Shown: positions 26,599 to 38,608, counted from the first letter of the stretch. The stretch: DNA of 64,000 nucleotides from Aeromonadaceae bacterium (GCA_041441555.1 JASDSW010000082.1:26140-90139); one strand, 5' to 3'. Program-made: numbers and translations. Notes: generated by a model not told the origin, from the sequence alone.

Positions 26599-27561
26599 AT
26601 GGAGTTACTTGGAGCTTGGTGGATGTGGTGCGGCTTTGCCGCCATCGTCATCCTGCTGTTGCTGGTCGATCTGTTGTTCGTCGGGGGCGGCAAGCAACAT
26701 AAGGTCAGTCTGAAGGAGGCCGCCGTCTGGTCTCTGATCTGGATCGGCGTCGCCCTGTTATTCAATGGTGCCATCTGGTGGTATCTGGATGCCAACGCCG
26801 GTCGGGAACTCGCCAACCAGAAGGCGATGGAGTTTTTCACCGGCTATCTGATCGAGAAGGCGCTGGCCGTCGATAACGTCTTCGTCTGGTTGATGCTGTT
26901 CGGCTATTTTGCCATTCCGGGGGAACTGCAACGGCGGGTGCTGCTGTACGGCGTACTGGGGGCCATCCTCATGCGCACCGGCATGATCTTCGGTGGCAGC
27001 TGGCTCATTAGTCAGTTCCATTGGGTGCTCTACTTGTTCGGCGCCTTCCTGGTGCTGACCGGCGCCAAGATGCTGTGGATGGCCGATCAGGAGCCGGATC
27101 TGGCCAGCAACCCACTGCTACGCTGGTTGCGCGGCCATCTGAAAGTGACCGATCGTCTGCATGGCGAGAAGTTCTTCGTCTGGCAACAGGGCGTGCGCTA
27201 TGTCACCCCGCTGTTTCTGGTGTTGATCCTGGTTGAGATCAGCGACGTCATCTTCGCCGTCGACAGCATCCCGGCCATCTTTGCCATCACGACCGATCCT
27301 TTCATCGTGCTGACCTCGAACATCTTCGCGATCATGGGGTTGCGAGCCATGTACTTCCTGTTGGCTGACTTTGCCGATCGCTTCGTGCTGCTCAAGTATG
27401 GCCTGGTGGTGATCCTGCTGTTCATCGGGGCCAAGATGCTGCTGATCGACTGGGTCCACATCCCGATCGGGCTGTCGCTGGGTGTGGTGGCGCTGATCCT
27501 CATCGTCAGCATGCTGCTGAGCCTGCGCCATAGCCGAGCGACCTCCACCAAGTCCCACTGA
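26599..27561 (+). CDS. alx: TerC family membrane protein Alx
   Basis: [47 protein letters not shown]; riboswitch upstream. Confidence 0.92.
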   Translation: MELLGAWWMWCGFAAIVILLLLVDLLFVGGGKQHKVSLKEAAVWSLIWIGVALLFNGAIWWYLDANAGRELANQKAMEFFTGYLIEKALAVDNVFVWLMLFGYFAIPGELQRRVLLYGVLGAILMRTGMIFGGSWLISQFHWVLYLFGAFLVLTGAKMLWMADQEPDLASNPLLRWLRGHLKVTDRLHGEKFFVWQQGVRYVTPLFLVLILVEISDVIFAVDSIPAIFAITTDPFIVLTSNIFAIMGLRAMYFLLADFADRFVLLKYGLVVILLFIGAKMLLIDWVHIPIGLSLGVVALILIVSMLLSLRHSRATSTKSH

Positions 27562-27586
27562 GGCCGTCAAGCGGTCCGTAAAAAAC

Positions 27587-27613
27587 AGGAACCCGGCCAA
27601 AGCCGGGTTCTTT
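27587..27613. terminator. Bidirectional intrinsic terminator
   Basis: AGGAACCCGGC-CAAA-GCCGGGTTCTTT flanked by A/T runs. Confidence 0.7.
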
Positions 27614-27660
27614 CGTTCACAGCAGCGCCTCGGCAGCAGGAGCCCTGCCGACGCGCCGCC

Positions 27661-29313
27661 TCACAATCCCTCGAGCTTGCGCTGGTAGGGATAGCTGATG
27701 CGATAACCTGGTTCCAGTTGCACCTTGCCACCGGCCGGTAACTGCAGATCCCAAGCCAGGACGCCCGGCTTCTCATCCACCTTCTGCCGTGACGGAGCCG
27801 GACTCTGCTCCAGAGGCGTCACCTTGATCAGCTCGTTGCGCGCCACCGGCCAGACATCGAGCACAGTCAATGGCATCGCCTGCTTATGGCCACTGACAAA
27901 CTGATAATGCCAACGCCGCGTCAGGGTCTGCTCCTTGTTGAGCATCCCCTGTTCGCCCTGCTCCTCCTGCAGCGTGGTGGCACTGACCTTGACCGCGTCA
28001 TCCACCCCAAACGCCAACGACAGCTGCTCACCGACCGCCACCTCGCTCTGCTGGCGACTGCCGATGAAGGCGCCATCGCGCGATAACCGCCATTCACCGG
28101 CCAACCAGGGAGCATCCAGCGAGTTCTTCACATCTGCATAGAGATAGGCATGAGGATCCAGACGCGGCAAAGCCTGCAGACGCTGGGTCACCGCCAGTGG
28201 CTGCTGACCCAGCACCACTCGCTGCTGATCCTGACTGGAGGCCAGCGAGACGGTACCGGCGATCTGGTATTCGGCGATGAACTCTCCGGCATCGAGGGTT
28301 GCCAGGGTCAGTTGGGCAGCCTCTTGCGGTGCAGGTGCCGGCGCGGCCATGTCGGCCATCACCTCCATTTCTGCCATCTTGCTCGAGGGGGCGCCGGAGG
28401 CCAACGCCGCCTGCTGCAGATCCCGGCTTTCATCATGCAAATCAATCCACCAACTCTGCGGATCGGGAGCCTGACTCGTTTGCAGGGGGCGACTGGTCGC
28501 CAGGCGCAAGCGGACGCCCTGCCAATTCTCACCGGTCACCTGCTGCACCAGAGCGGCGCGAGTCAGCAGCAGTTGGCTATCACGGGTATTCAGCTGCGCC
28601 TCATACACCGGCTGCCACCCGGCCCCGGCGATCTGGTAGCCAAGCGTCAGGCGCGCATTGCCTCCCGAACTGTGCAGCGAAACCGCCACCGTCCGACTCT
28701 CCTTATCCTGACTCTGTAGTCGTTGCAGCTCGCGCTCCACCTTGGAGAGCTCGGTCTGCAGCGCTCGCTGCTGCTGAGCCAGCTTGACCCGCGCCAAACC
28801 GAGCGTGCGCATTCCCTCGCCCAGGGCGGCAACGCCGGTTTGCCACTCGCTGGCCGCTAACGGAGCCGAGCCTCGCTCCTGCGGCTTGCCGGGTGCCTGT
28901 GCCAGGGCCTGCAGGAAGGTCTCCTGAGTCGTGAGGGCTGCGCCTTCGGCGAGCAAGTTCGCCAGTTGGTCCTGCAACTGTTGCTGCTGGAGCTGCAAGC
29001 GCTGCGCCTCCGGCTGAACCAGCTCCTGCGCCTGGATATGACGGATCTCCAGGGTGCCGATCTGCAACCCGGCTCCCACACCGCTCAGCTGCAGCGAGGC
29101 TTCATCCATGCCCGCGGGCAACTCAGGGATCAGCAGGGTATGTTCGCCAGCGGGTAGTTGCAGCGCCAGGGTGCGGGTCACCGTCGCCACCCCGGGGTGG
29201 ACAGTCACGTTCTGGATCTGACTGACCTGCGTCAGGGTATCGGCCTGTACGGTCGGCGTGACGCACAGCAGCAGCGCCAGGGTACTCAGGGTGAAGCGGG
29301 GAAACGCAATCAT
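27661..29313 (-). CDS. DUF4140/DUF4139 (mucoidy inhibitor MuiA-like) exported protein
   Basis: VTVHPGVATVTR, coiled coil, WQPVYEA, QQVTGENW, LAFGVDDAV. Confidence 0.85.
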   Translation of the reverse strand: MIAFPRFTLSTLALLLCVTPTVQADTLTQVSQIQNVTVHPGVATVTRTLALQLPAGEHTLLIPELPAGMDEASLQLSGVGAGLQIGTLEIRHIQAQELVQPEAQRLQLQQQQLQDQLANLLAEGAALTTQETFLQALAQAPGKPQERGSAPLAASEWQTGVAALGEGMRTLGLARVKLAQQQRALQTELSKVERELQRLQSQDKESRTVAVSLHSSGGNARLTLGYQIAGAGWQPVYEAQLNTRDSQLLLTRAALVQQVTGENWQGVRLRLATSRPLQTSQAPDPQSWWIDLHDESRDLQQAALASGAPSSKMAEMEVMADMAAPAPAPQEAAQLTLATLDAGEFIAEYQIAGTVSLASSQDQQRVVLGQQPLAVTQRLQALPRLDPHAYLYADVKNSLDAPWLAGEWRLSRDGAFIGSRQQSEVAVGEQLSLAFGVDDAVKVSATTLQEEQGEQGMLNKEQTLTRRWHYQFVSGHKQAMPLTVLDVWPVARNELIKVTPLEQSPAPSRQKVDEKPGVLAWDLQLPAGGKVQLEPGYRISYPYQRKLEGL

Positions 29314-29392
29314 AGGAGCCTCCAGTTTGCCAAGTCTCCACGCTAACGACTTTGCATCGGCAAATCGTGGAGCCACCGCACAGGCTAGCACA

Positions 29393-30754
29393 TCAGGCGA
29401 AGCAGCGATCTGCCCAGCGCGCCAAGCCGGCAATCACGCTGCCGAAGTGATCTCCCATCACGATGGGGATGGCAACATAACGCTGACGCAACCACTGCTG
29501 GATCACCGGCGAACGGGCGGTACCGCCGGTGACGAAGATGACATCCGGCGTCAGTTGGGCTTGCCGCAGCGCCTCATCGGCCAACTCGCCGATCTTTTCC
29601 AGCAAAGGTGCCGACACAGCGGCGAAGCGCTCGCGACTGAAAGGTGCCTCGCATTGCTCATCCAACAGATTGATGAAACGGGAAAACTGCGCCGCATCCG
29701 TCATCTGGATCTTGGCCTGCTCCGCTTCCCAGACCAGATGGTGAGTCTGCTTGTGCTCTCGCACCCAGGCTAAACGAGCCAGCGACTCCGGCTCGCGAGC
29801 ATCCAGCATCAGTTGGCGCAACAGACGCGCCGTCTCAGGGGCAAAAAAGCGCCCCTGAGCCTGCACATCGTTGATCGCCATGGCGTCCCAAAACAGCTTG
29901 CTCGGCATCGGCAGTCCACGTTTGTTACATGAGCCCATGCCACACCAAGGCATCAATTCCGCGACCGCCAGACGGATGTCAAAGTCGTTGCCGCCGATCC
30001 GCTGCCCGGTATGACCGAGCAGGTCGGCATCCCGATCCAGCAAATTGGCGCGATCCGGCCCCATGCGCAACACCGAGCAATCGGTGGTACCGCCCCCGAT
30101 GTCGAGCACCAGGACGTTTTGCGGCTGTTGCAGCGAGGCCTCGTACTCCAGGCCGGCGGCGATCGGCTCATATTGGAACGCAACATTCTGGAAACCAGCG
30201 AGTTTTGCCGCATCGGAAAGAATGGCGCGCGCCTGGCGATTGCTCTCTTCGCCGCCAAGACCTTGAAAGTTGACCGGCTGGCCAAGCACCGCCTCGCGGA
30301 TCTCGCAACCGAGCGTCTGCTCGGCCCGCTGTTTGATGGTGACCATCATGGCCGCCACTATGTCGCGAAAAAGTTGGATCTGACTCTCGGAGAGACCCGT
30401 GGCGCCTAGAAACGACTTTGGCGATTTCAGGTAGTAGCCTTCCTCGGGAGCCGCCAGATAGCGAGCCGTGGCAGCCCGACCAACCAGCAACTGATACTCC
30501 AGCCCCTCATCTTCCAGAGAGCTGCGCAAACGGCGTCCCTTAGCGATGGCCAACTGACGCTCCTGGCTGAATGAGGGCAATGAAGAGGCGGGCAAGGAGG
30601 CGGCCAGCAGATCGGCAATTGCATCCCGGTGGGGAGCAAACAGCGTGGATGGCAGGTAGCAATCGCCCCCTTCCAACGGCAGGCGACACACCTGCCCCTC
30701 AGACATCCAGGCCACCGCACAATTGGAGGTACCGTAGTCAAAACCGATCCGCAT
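29393..30754 (-). CDS. yegD: Hsp70-like chaperone YegD
   Basis: IGFDYGTSNC, KSPKSFLGA, DIGGGTTD, IGGNDFD, TGGTARSP. Confidence 0.92.
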   Translation of the reverse strand: MRIGFDYGTSNCAVAWMSEGQVCRLPLEGGDCYLPSTLFAPHRDAIADLLAASLPASSLPSFSQERQLAIAKGRRLRSSLEDEGLEYQLLVGRAATARYLAAPEEGYYLKSPKSFLGATGLSESQIQLFRDIVAAMMVTIKQRAEQTLGCEIREAVLGQPVNFQGLGGEESNRQARAILSDAAKLAGFQNVAFQYEPIAAGLEYEASLQQPQNVLVLDIGGGTTDCSVLRMGPDRANLLDRDADLLGHTGQRIGGNDFDIRLAVAELMPWCGMGSCNKRGLPMPSKLFWDAMAINDVQAQGRFFAPETARLLRQLMLDAREPESLARLAWVREHKQTHHLVWEAEQAKIQMTDAAQFSRFINLLDEQCEAPFSRERFAAVSAPLLEKIGELADEALRQAQLTPDVIFVTGGTARSPVIQQWLRQRYVAIPIVMGDHFGSVIAGLARWADRCFA

Positions 30755-30844
30755 GACGGCGTCCCCTTGGCCTACGGGCAGGCCACGCAATGAAAAGGGG
30801 GCAATCCTAACGGAAAAGATGGGGCTTTCCCAGCCTCCGGTGGT

Positions 30845-31273
30845 TCAGTAGCGCCACTGCAGCTCGAGCCTGACACTCTCAGGCTGCCAGATGAACTGCA
30901 GCTGCTGGGTCTTATCCGAATTCTGTAGACGGACCCGCACCCGATGGCCATTCAGCCGCACGGCACCGGAACCCCACTCCCCCTTCCAACGCAGCTCCGG
31001 ACGCGCATGCCTCAGCCGCCACCCTTGCTCATCCTGAGGCGGAGTTTGTAGCCGCGACACGGGGACCTTCGACTCCGTCTGTTGACGCCAGAAAACCCCC
31101 TGTTCTGGTTGGTAAAGCTCCAGCGGAAACGAGAGGCCCATACCGACGCCCTGGCGCCAGGTCAGCCCCGAATACTGTACCTCGGTGTTACACATCAGCC
31201 CGCAGCGCGGCCCCTCCGCCCCCTCGATGACAGAACAAAACAACAGGAGAAGAAACCAAGCGACGGCACGCAT
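30845..31273 (-). CDS. Hypothetical exported protein
   Basis: Signal-peptide-like start MRAVAWFLLLLF; beta-rich C-terminus ending LELQWRY. Confidence 0.55.
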   Translation of the reverse strand: MRAVAWFLLLLFCSVIEGAEGPRCGLMCNTEVQYSGLTWRQGVGMGLSFPLELYQPEQGVFWRQQTESKVPVSRLQTPPQDEQGWRLRHARPELRWKGEWGSGAVRLNGHRVRVRLQNSDKTQQLQFIWQPESVRLELQWRY

Positions 31274-31365
31274 CCTAGCCACCTCGAACAACCGCTACTA
31301 CTTAGGGTCTAGCAGCCGCCCCCCAGGTTCGGCAAGGGCAAACTTGAATTAATTAACCGCTGTTA

Positions 31366-31378
31366 AATCAATAAATTG
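31366..31378 (+). promoter_or_regulatory. IHF-like site in the AT-rich region upstream of malS
   Basis: AATCAA-TAAA-TTG matches WATCAANNNNTTR. Confidence 0.35.
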
Positions 31379-31496
31379 CGAAGCAATTTCACCGGGAAAA
31401 GCACTAAAAAAAAACATAACATCGACATAAAACCCATACGAATCTCGAACTTTTCGCCTGATGCGGCCGGTGAGCTCTTTTTGAAAACGAAACCAT

Positions 31497-31512
31497 TGGA
31501 ACTGACTTCACA
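31497..31512 (+). promoter_or_regulatory. Possible CRP site upstream of malS
   Basis: TGGAA-N6-TCACA, one perfect half-site. Confidence 0.35.
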
Positions 31513-31591
31513 ATTCGGGCAACTCTCCCCGGCCTTCCGTCGTCACACTCCCTAGAATGGTTCCACTTTTCATCACTTCAGGGATTGTTTT

Positions 31592-33718
31592 ATGTTCAAG
31601 CCTCGCCAACTGGCCTTGCTGACGCTCTCAACTCTGCTCGCCTCGACTGCTCACGCCGAGCCGATTGCGACTCCGCTATTTCTCTCCATCAACAATCAGG
31701 CCCCGAGCGATCAGCTCGAGCTGAAGGCCCAGGGCAAAGACCAGTACAAGGTCACCACCAGCCTGAAGAAGGGCAGCTACCAGATCCAGATCGCCGATAA
31801 AGCCAAGAGCTGCGGTACCACCTTCGGCCCGGCTGATGGCACGGCTCTCCCCTTCGGTAAACCAAACGCACTGAATAACTGCGCCAAGAACCAACAATTC
31901 CAACTGAAAGTCTTATTACCCGGCGACTATGACTTCACTCTGGATAACAGCAATCCGGAGGCCGCCACCCTGAAGGTCTTGCGTGCCACCAAGGCTGGCA
32001 GCTTCAAACGTCAGCCACCGGCGGTTGACTGTATCGCCTGGGATGGCGGTCCAGTGACGGTGAGCGTGGGCAAGAGCTGGCCAAACGGCACCACGCTGCG
32101 CGATGCCTACTCCGGGCAGACCGCCACCGTGAAGAGCGGCAAGATCACCATGACACCCGCACCAGACAGCGAAGGCATTCTGCTGCTGGAACCCGTCAAG
32201 AATCAGGCCACCCCGGCATTCAGCTGGGATAACGCCACCGTCTACTTCATGCTGACCGACCGTTTCAAGAACGGCGATACCAGCAACGACAACTCCTTCG
32301 GCCGCAAAAAAGATGGCAAGGACGAGATCGGCACCTGGCATGGTGGTGACTTCAAGGGCATCACCGAAAAGCTGGACTACATCAAGTCCCTCGGCGTCAA
32401 CGCCATCTGGATCACGCCGATGGTTGAGCAGGTGCACGGCTTCATTGGTGGTGGCGAGAATGGCTCCTTCCCGTTCTACGCCTACCATGGCTACTGGGCA
32501 CTGGATTTCACCAAGATTGACCCCAATTACGGTGATGAGGCGGCTCTGCAGCTGATGGTGGATGAGGCCCATAAACGAGGGATCCGCGTCTTGTTGGATG
32601 TGGTCATGAACCATGCCGGTTACGCCACTCTGGCCGACTTGCAAGATCTGGGGCTGGAGAGTCTGGCCGCCGATACCGGTAAGTTGCCCTCCCGCTGGGC
32701 AGACTGGAAGCCCGTCGGGTTGTATGGCAATTGGCACGGTTACAACCAACACATCGATTATCAATCCGCCAACTGGAGTCAGTGGTGGGGCGCGGACTGG
32801 GTACGCGCGGGTCTGCCCGGTTATCAGCAACCCGGGACGGATGAGGTCACGGGGGCCGTCGGTGGCTTACCCGACTTCCTCACCGAATCCACCAAGGCGG
32901 TCGATCTGCCAGAGTTCCTGAAGAATAAGAAAGATACCAACGCCAAGCCGCTGCCAAATGCCACCGTGGTGGACTACCTGGTCAAGTGGCACACCGACTG
33001 GGTGCGCAAGTTTGGTATCGATGGTTTCCGCGGTGATACCGTCAAACACCTGGAGCCGGCAGCCTGGAAGAAATTGAAAGCCGAAGGAACCGCCGCACTC
33101 AAGGAGTGGAAGACCAACAACCCAGGCAAGAAGCTGGATGACCTGCCGTTTTTCATGGTTGGCGAAGTGTGGGATCATGGGATGAACAAGGATCTCTGGT
33201 TTGATAACGGCTTCGACTCCATCATCAACTTTGACTATCAGCGGGACGCGCTTAACTATGCCCAGTGCATGAGCACGACTGAGTCCACTTACGTCAAGTA
33301 TGCCAATACCATCAACACGGATCCCAACTTCAATGTGCTGAGCTACATCTCCTCCCACGACACCAAGTTGTTCTTCGGGGATTATCAGGATACCGCCCTA
33401 CAACGTCGGGCCGCCAACAGCTTCATGCTGCTGCCGGGCGGCGTGCAGATCTACTACGGCGATGAATCCGGTCGTGATCTGATGAAGGATGGTGGTGTAT
33501 TCGATCAGGCCGTCCGCTCCGATATGAACTGGAACGAATTGGCCAGCGGTGAAAAGGCCGAACTGGTCAAGCACTGGCAAAAACTGGGCGAGTTCCGCAA
33601 AGGACACCCGGCCATCGCCGCCGGTAGCCACAAGAAGATCAGTGACAAGCCCTATGCCTTCGTCCGTCAGAAGGGGGGGGACAAGGTGATGGTAGTGTTC
33701 GCCGGTCGCAAGTCCTAA
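31592..33718 (+). CDS. malS: Periplasmic alpha-amylase (GH13)
   Basis: WDNATVYFMLTDRF, YHGYW, DVVMNH, DGFRGDTVKH, GEVW, SSHDT. Confidence 0.9.
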   Translation: MFKPRQLALLTLSTLLASTAHAEPIATPLFLSINNQAPSDQLELKAQGKDQYKVTTSLKKGSYQIQIADKAKSCGTTFGPADGTALPFGKPNALNNCAKNQQFQLKVLLPGDYDFTLDNSNPEAATLKVLRATKAGSFKRQPPAVDCIAWDGGPVTVSVGKSWPNGTTLRDAYSGQTATVKSGKITMTPAPDSEGILLLEPVKNQATPAFSWDNATVYFMLTDRFKNGDTSNDNSFGRKKDGKDEIGTWHGGDFKGITEKLDYIKSLGVNAIWITPMVEQVHGFIGGGENGSFPFYAYHGYWALDFTKIDPNYGDEAALQLMVDEAHKRGIRVLLDVVMNHAGYATLADLQDLGLESLAADTGKLPSRWADWKPVGLYGNWHGYNQHIDYQSANWSQWWGADWVRAGLPGYQQPGTDEVTGAVGGLPDFLTESTKAVDLPEFLKNKKDTNAKPLPNATVVDYLVKWHTDWVRKFGIDGFRGDTVKHLEPAAWKKLKAEGTAALKEWKTNNPGKKLDDLPFFMVGEVWDHGMNKDLWFDNGFDSIINFDYQRDALNYAQCMSTTESTYVKYANTINTDPNFNVLSYISSHDTKLFFGDYQDTALQRRAANSFMLLPGGVQIYYGDESGRDLMKDGGVFDQAVRSDMNWNELASGEKAELVKHWQKLGEFRKGHPAIAAGSHKKISDKPYAFVRQKGGDKVMVVFAGRKS

Positions 33719-33736
33719 GGATCCCGCCATCTAGTC

Positions 33737-33762
33737 AAGCCAGTCTTCGGACTGGCTTTTTT
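33737..33762 (+). terminator. Intrinsic terminator of malS
   Basis: AAGCCAGTC-TTCG-GACTGGCTTTTTT. Confidence 0.85.
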
Positions 33763-34071
33763 GTGGCCGCAAAACCAATAAATCCTAGGTGAAGTCAAAA
33801 ACGATATAGGTGTGATGAGAAGAAGGCAGAAAGTATGAGGCATGCCCTGATTCGATCTGCATAAGCAAGTTGGAGACATACCAGCTGATTCATTACCGGG
33901 GTTGACGAGCCAAGGTAGACGTTGCTCTATCGGTTGGAACTCAGCTCATTTCGTGCAACGGGCCACGCGCGATGGCGGCAAGTCCACAGGAGTAGAGAAA
34001 TAGCCGAAGGAGGCCAAGAGTGGTGAAGCAGCGATAATGGAGAGGCTGAGCAGCAACATTTAGCGGAAAAC

Positions 34072-34097
34072 AAAAAGCCGGGGAAACCCCGGCTTTT
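34072..34097 (-). terminator. Terminator of the alpha operon
   Basis: AAAAAGCCGGGG-AAA-CCCCGGCTTTT. Confidence 0.85.
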
Positions 34098-34111
34098 CAT
34101 AGTGAAGAGAA

Positions 34112-34501
34112 TTACTCTTCGACTGCTACAGCTTCAGCGGCGGCAGGACGACCTACCAGCTCGATGTATGCCATAGGAGCCTTGTCACCGGCACGCAGGC
34201 CGCACTTGAGGATGCGGGTGTAACCACCAGCACGCTCAACGTAGCGCGGACCCAATTCGGTGAACAGCTTGCCAACAACTTCGCTGTCGCGAGTGCGGGC
34301 AAATGCCAGACGACGGTTAGCAACACTGTCAATCTTGGCGAGTGTAATCAGAGGTTCAACTACACGACGCAGCTCTTTTGCCTTAGGCAGAGTCGTCTTG
34401 ATGATTTCATGACGAACCAGGGAGCTGGCCATGTTACGGAACATAGCCTGACGATGGCTGCTGTTCCGGTTCAGTTGACGACCACTCATACGATGGCGCA
34501 T
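34112..34501 (-). CDS. rplQ: 50S ribosomal protein L17
   Basis: [17 protein letters not shown]. Confidence 0.98.
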   Translation of the reverse strand: MRHRMSGRQLNRNSSHRQAMFRNMASSLVRHEIIKTTLPKAKELRRVVEPLITLAKIDSVANRRLAFARTRDSEVVGKLFTELGPRYVERAGGYTRILKCGLRAGDKAPMAYIELVGRPAAAEAVAVEE

Positions 34502-34544
34502 GACCTTATCCTTCTAACTTAATCTGTGAGACCCGTAATCTGGA

Positions 34545-35534
34545 TTACTCATCAGCGAGGCTGGCGGGCGGCCAATTCTCCAGGCGCATGCCCAGAGACA
34601 GACCACGTGAAGCCAAGACGTCCTTGATTTCAGTCAGGGACTTCTTACCGAGGTTCGGAGTCTTCAACAACTCGACTTCAGTACGCTGCACCAGATCACC
34701 AATGTAATGGATGGCTTCAGCCTTCAGACAGTTCGCAGAACGAACCGTCAGTTCCAGATCGTCGACAGGACGCAGCAGGATCGGATCAAACTCCGGCTTC
34801 TCTTCCTTCTTCTCTGGCACGCTGACATCACGCAGGTCCACGAAGGCTTCCAGTTGCTCTGCCAGAATAGTGGCAGCACGACGGATAGCTTCTTCAGGAT
34901 CCAGAGTGCCGTTGGTCTCCATATCGATAACCAACTTGTCCAGGTCAGTACGCTGCTCAACACGAGCGGCTTCGACATTGTAAGCAATGCGAACCACAGG
35001 GCTGAACGCGGCATCCAGCAGAAGACGACCAATTGGACGCTCTTCATCATCGCTGTGTACGCGGGCAGAAGCAGGTACATAACCACGGCCACGCTGCACC
35101 TTCAGGCGCATGCTGATTTCAGCATGGGCACCGGTCAGGTGACAAATCACGTGATTCGGGTTGAGAATAACGACATCATCACCATGAACGATGTCGCCTG
35201 CAGTAACAGGGCCCGCACCAGACTTGGTCAGAGACAGGGTAACCTCATCCTTGCCTTCCAAGCGTACAGCAATGCCTTTCAGGTTGAGCAGGATCTCAAG
35301 GATATCCTCCTGTACCCCTTCCTTGCTGCTGTACTCATGCAGCACGCCGTCGATCTCGACTTCCGTGACTGCACAACCCGGCATGGAAGAAAGGAGAATG
35401 CGGCGCAGCGCATTACCCAGGGTGTGACCAAAACCACGTTCCAGCGGCTCAAGCGTCACTTTCGCGTGAGTCTGACTCAGTTGTTCAATATCAACGAGGC
35501 GTGGCTTAAGAAAATCTGTTACAGAACCCAGCAT
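34545..35534 (-). CDS. rpoA: RNA polymerase alpha subunit
   Basis: [18 protein letters not shown]; alpha-CTD. Confidence 0.99.
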   Translation of the reverse strand: MLGSVTDFLKPRLVDIEQLSQTHAKVTLEPLERGFGHTLGNALRRILLSSMPGCAVTEVEIDGVLHEYSSKEGVQEDILEILLNLKGIAVRLEGKDEVTLSLTKSGAGPVTAGDIVHGDDVVILNPNHVICHLTGAHAEISMRLKVQRGRGYVPASARVHSDDEERPIGRLLLDAAFSPVVRIAYNVEAARVEQRTDLDKLVIDMETNGTLDPEEAIRRAATILAEQLEAFVDLRDVSVPEKKEEKPEFDPILLRPVDDLELTVRSANCLKAEAIHYIGDLVQRTEVELLKTPNLGKKSLTEIKDVLASRGLSLGMRLENWPPASLADE

Positions 35535-35558
35535 TATGTCCTCTCTTAGAAGCTAGCC

Positions 35559-36179
35559 TTACTTGGAGTAAAGCTCGACGATCAGCTGTTCATTAATGTC
35601 GGCGGACAGATCAGAACGTTCTGGCAGACGCTTGTACACGCCTTCCATCTTATCTGCGTCAACTTCGACCCAAGTCGGCTTTTCACGCTGCGTAGACAAG
35701 TCCAGAGCGGCCTTGATACGAGCTTGCTTCTTCGCCTTCTCGCGAACAGTGATAACGTCTTCAGGAGAAACCTGGTAAGAAGGAATGTTAACAACGCGAC
35801 CATTAACGACGATGGCCTTGTGGCTTACCAGCTGGCGGCATTCGGCGCGAGTAGCACCAAAGCCCATGCGGTAAACAACGTTGTCCAAACGACCTTCCAG
35901 CAGCTGCAACAGGTTTTCGCCGGTATTACCCTTCTGACGGGCAGCTTCGCGATAGTACTTGCGGAACTGCTTTTCCAGAATGCCGTAAATACGACGAACT
36001 TTCTGCTTCTCACGCAGCTGAACACCATAGTCAGACAGACGCGGCTTGCGCGCACCGTGTTGACCAGGTGCAGTATCAATTTTGCACTTTGAGTCGATCG
36101 CGCGAACACCTGACTTCAGGAACAGGTCAGTGCCCTCACGACGGCTAAGCTTCAGCTTAGGACCGATATATCTTGCCAT
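35559..36179 (-). CDS. rpsD: 30S ribosomal protein S4
   Basis: [16 protein letters not shown]...IVELYSK. Confidence 0.98.
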   Translation of the reverse strand: MARYIGPKLKLSRREGTDLFLKSGVRAIDSKCKIDTAPGQHGARKPRLSDYGVQLREKQKVRRIYGILEKQFRKYYREAARQKGNTGENLLQLLEGRLDNVVYRMGFGATRAECRQLVSHKAIVVNGRVVNIPSYQVSPEDVITVREKAKKQARIKAALDLSTQREKPTWVEVDADKMEGVYKRLPERSDLSADINEQLIVELYSK

Positions 36180-36216
36180 GTTCTTTCTCCAACAATCCTA
36201 TACCAAGAGGCTAACG

Positions 36217-36609
<393 letters not shown>

Positions 36610-36623
36610 CTACACCTTCCCGC

Positions 36624-36980
36624 TTACTTCTTAATCGGCTTACGAGGACCCTTACGGGTACGCGCGTTAGTCTTGGTGCGTTGACCACGAACCGGCAAGC
36701 CACGGCGATGACGCAGGCCGCGGTAGCAACCGAGGTCCATCAGGCGCTTGATGTTCATGGAAATCTCACGACGCAGGTCACCTTCAACAGTGAACTTGGC
36801 AACTTGCTCGCGCAGTTTTTCGATCTGAGCTTCGTCCAGATCCTTGATCTTCACATCCTCGGCAATACCTGCATCTGCGCAAATGGATTTTGCGCGGGTG
36901 TTGCCAATGCCATAAATCGCAGTCAAAGCGATGACTGCATGCTTATGGTCAGGAATGTTAATGCCAGCGATACGGGCCAC
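36624..36980 (-). CDS. rpsM: 30S ribosomal protein S13 (GTG start)
   Basis: [23 protein letters not shown]. Confidence 0.97.
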   Translation of the reverse strand: MARIAGINIPDHKHAVIALTAIYGIGNTRAKSICADAGIAEDVKIKDLDEAQIEKLREQVAKFTVEGDLRREISMNIKRLMDLGCYRGLRHRRGLPVRGQRTKTNARTRKGPRKPIKK

Positions 36981-37123
36981 TATCCCACTCCTAAAACTAA
37001 ATAAATCATTGACCGCCATAAAGCCCGTTTCGGATACATGGCGGCCGTCATAGTGCACAACAAAAGTTGGCTGGCTAATTTAGCCAGCCTAACTTTTTTT
37101 TTCAAGTACCAGCCGTAAATTAA

Positions 37124-37237
37124 TTAGCCTTGACGCTGTTTATGCTTAGGCTCGCTGCAGATCACACGCACCACACCGTGACGCTTGATGATCTTGCAGT
37201 TACGGCAGATGGCCTTAACGGAAGCACGAACTTTCAT
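37124..37237 (-). CDS. rpmJ: 50S ribosomal protein L36, Zn-binding form (below ORF-track cutoff)
   Basis: Manual translation [37 protein letters not shown]. Confidence 0.97.
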   Translation of the reverse strand: MKVRASVKAICRNCKIIKRHGVVRVICSEPKHKQRQG

Positions 37238-37269
37238 TGCTTAACTCCGCGTAACTGTGAAAACCGCTC

Positions 37270-38601
37270 TTATCGGCCGTAGCCTTTAAGATTGGCCTTT
37301 CTCAGAACATCACCATATTGATGAGACATCAAATGGGTCTGTACCTGAGCCATGAAGTCCATGATGACCACGACAATAATCAGCAGCGAGGTGCCACCGA
37401 AATAGAACTGTACGTTCCACATCGTCATCAGGAACTGGGGCACGAGACAGATAAAGGTAATGTACAGAGCACCTGCCAATGTCAGGCGAGTCATCACTTT
37501 ATCAATAAACCTCGCAGTCTGTTCCCCTGGACGAATGCCAGGGATAAACGCGCCACTCTTCTTCAGATTGTCTGCCGTCTCGCGGGGGTTAAACACCAAC
37601 GCAGTATAGAAGAAACTGAAGAAAATAATGGCCGCAGCATACAGCATTTCATAGAGCGGTTGGCCGGGTTGCAGAGTCATTGAGATCTCTTGCAACAGGT
37701 TGGCACCCCATGAGTTACCCTGACCAAACCAGGAAGCAATCGTCCCCGGGAACAGGATAATGCTGGATGCGAAGATCGCAGGAATAACACCAGCCATGTT
37801 GAGCTTCAGCGGCAAGTGAGTGCTTTGTGCGGCAAACACCCGATTACCCTGTTGGCGCTTGGCGTAGTTGACAACGATACGACGCTGCCCACGTTCGACA
37901 AACACGACAAAGTAGGTGACCGCAAACACAATCACCGCCAGCAGCAACAACAGCAGGATGTGCAATTCGCCTTGACGCGCCTGCTCAGCCGTAGCGCCAA
38001 TCGCATGCGGCAGACCTGCAATGATACCGACGAAAATGATCAGCGAAATACCATTGCCGATACCGCGCTCGGTTATCTGCTCACCCAACCACATCAAGAA
38101 CATGGTACCGGTGACCAAACTAACCACGGCCGTGAAATAGAAACCAAAGCCTGGGTTGGATACCAGACCCTGCATCATATTCGGCAGACCGGTGGCGATA
38201 CCGAATGCCTGAACCGTACCCAACAACAGAGTGCCATAACGAGTGTACTGGCTAATCTTGCGACGACCAGTCTCCCCTTCCTTCTTCAGCTCAGCCAAGG
38301 CCGGATGAATCACCGTCAACAGCTGGATGATGATCGATGCCGAAATGTACGGCATGATCCCCAGCGCGAAGATGGAGGCACGGGACAGGGCCCCACCACT
38401 GAACATATTAAACAGTTCAATGATGGTTCCCTTCTGTTGCTGGAACAATTCAGCAAGTACGGCGGCATCAATCCCAGGAATCGGCACATAGGAGCCAGCA
38501 CGGAACACGATGATGGCACCGAGCACGAACAGCAGTCTGCTCTTCAGCTCGCTGAGACCACCCTGTGCACCCTTTACATCTAATCCTGGTTTCTTAGCCA
38601 T
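37270..38601 (-). CDS. secY: Preprotein translocase SecY
   Basis: [32 protein letters not shown]. Confidence 0.98.
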   Translation of the reverse strand: MAKKPGLDVKGAQGGLSELKSRLLFVLGAIIVFRAGSYVPIPGIDAAVLAELFQQQKGTIIELFNMFSGGALSRASIFALGIMPYISASIIIQLLTVIHPALAELKKEGETGRRKISQYTRYGTLLLGTVQAFGIATGLPNMMQGLVSNPGFGFYFTAVVSLVTGTMFLMWLGEQITERGIGNGISLIIFVGIIAGLPHAIGATAEQARQGELHILLLLLLAVIVFAVTYFVVFVERGQRRIVVNYAKRQQGNRVFAAQSTHLPLKLNMAGVIPAIFASSIILFPGTIASWFGQGNSWGANLLQEISMTLQPGQPLYEMLYAAAIIFFSFFYTALVFNPRETADNLKKSGAFIPGIRPGEQTARFIDKVMTRLTLAGALYITFICLVPQFLMTMWNVQFYFGGTSLLIIVVVIMDFMAQVQTHLMSHQYGDVLRKANLKGYGR

Positions 38602-38608
38602 GTACTTA

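Noticed and set aside
10400-31300. Accessory region as a single genomic island or prophage
   Set aside because: No integrase, transposase, tRNA target, flanking repeats or phage genes; looks like piecemeal accretion.
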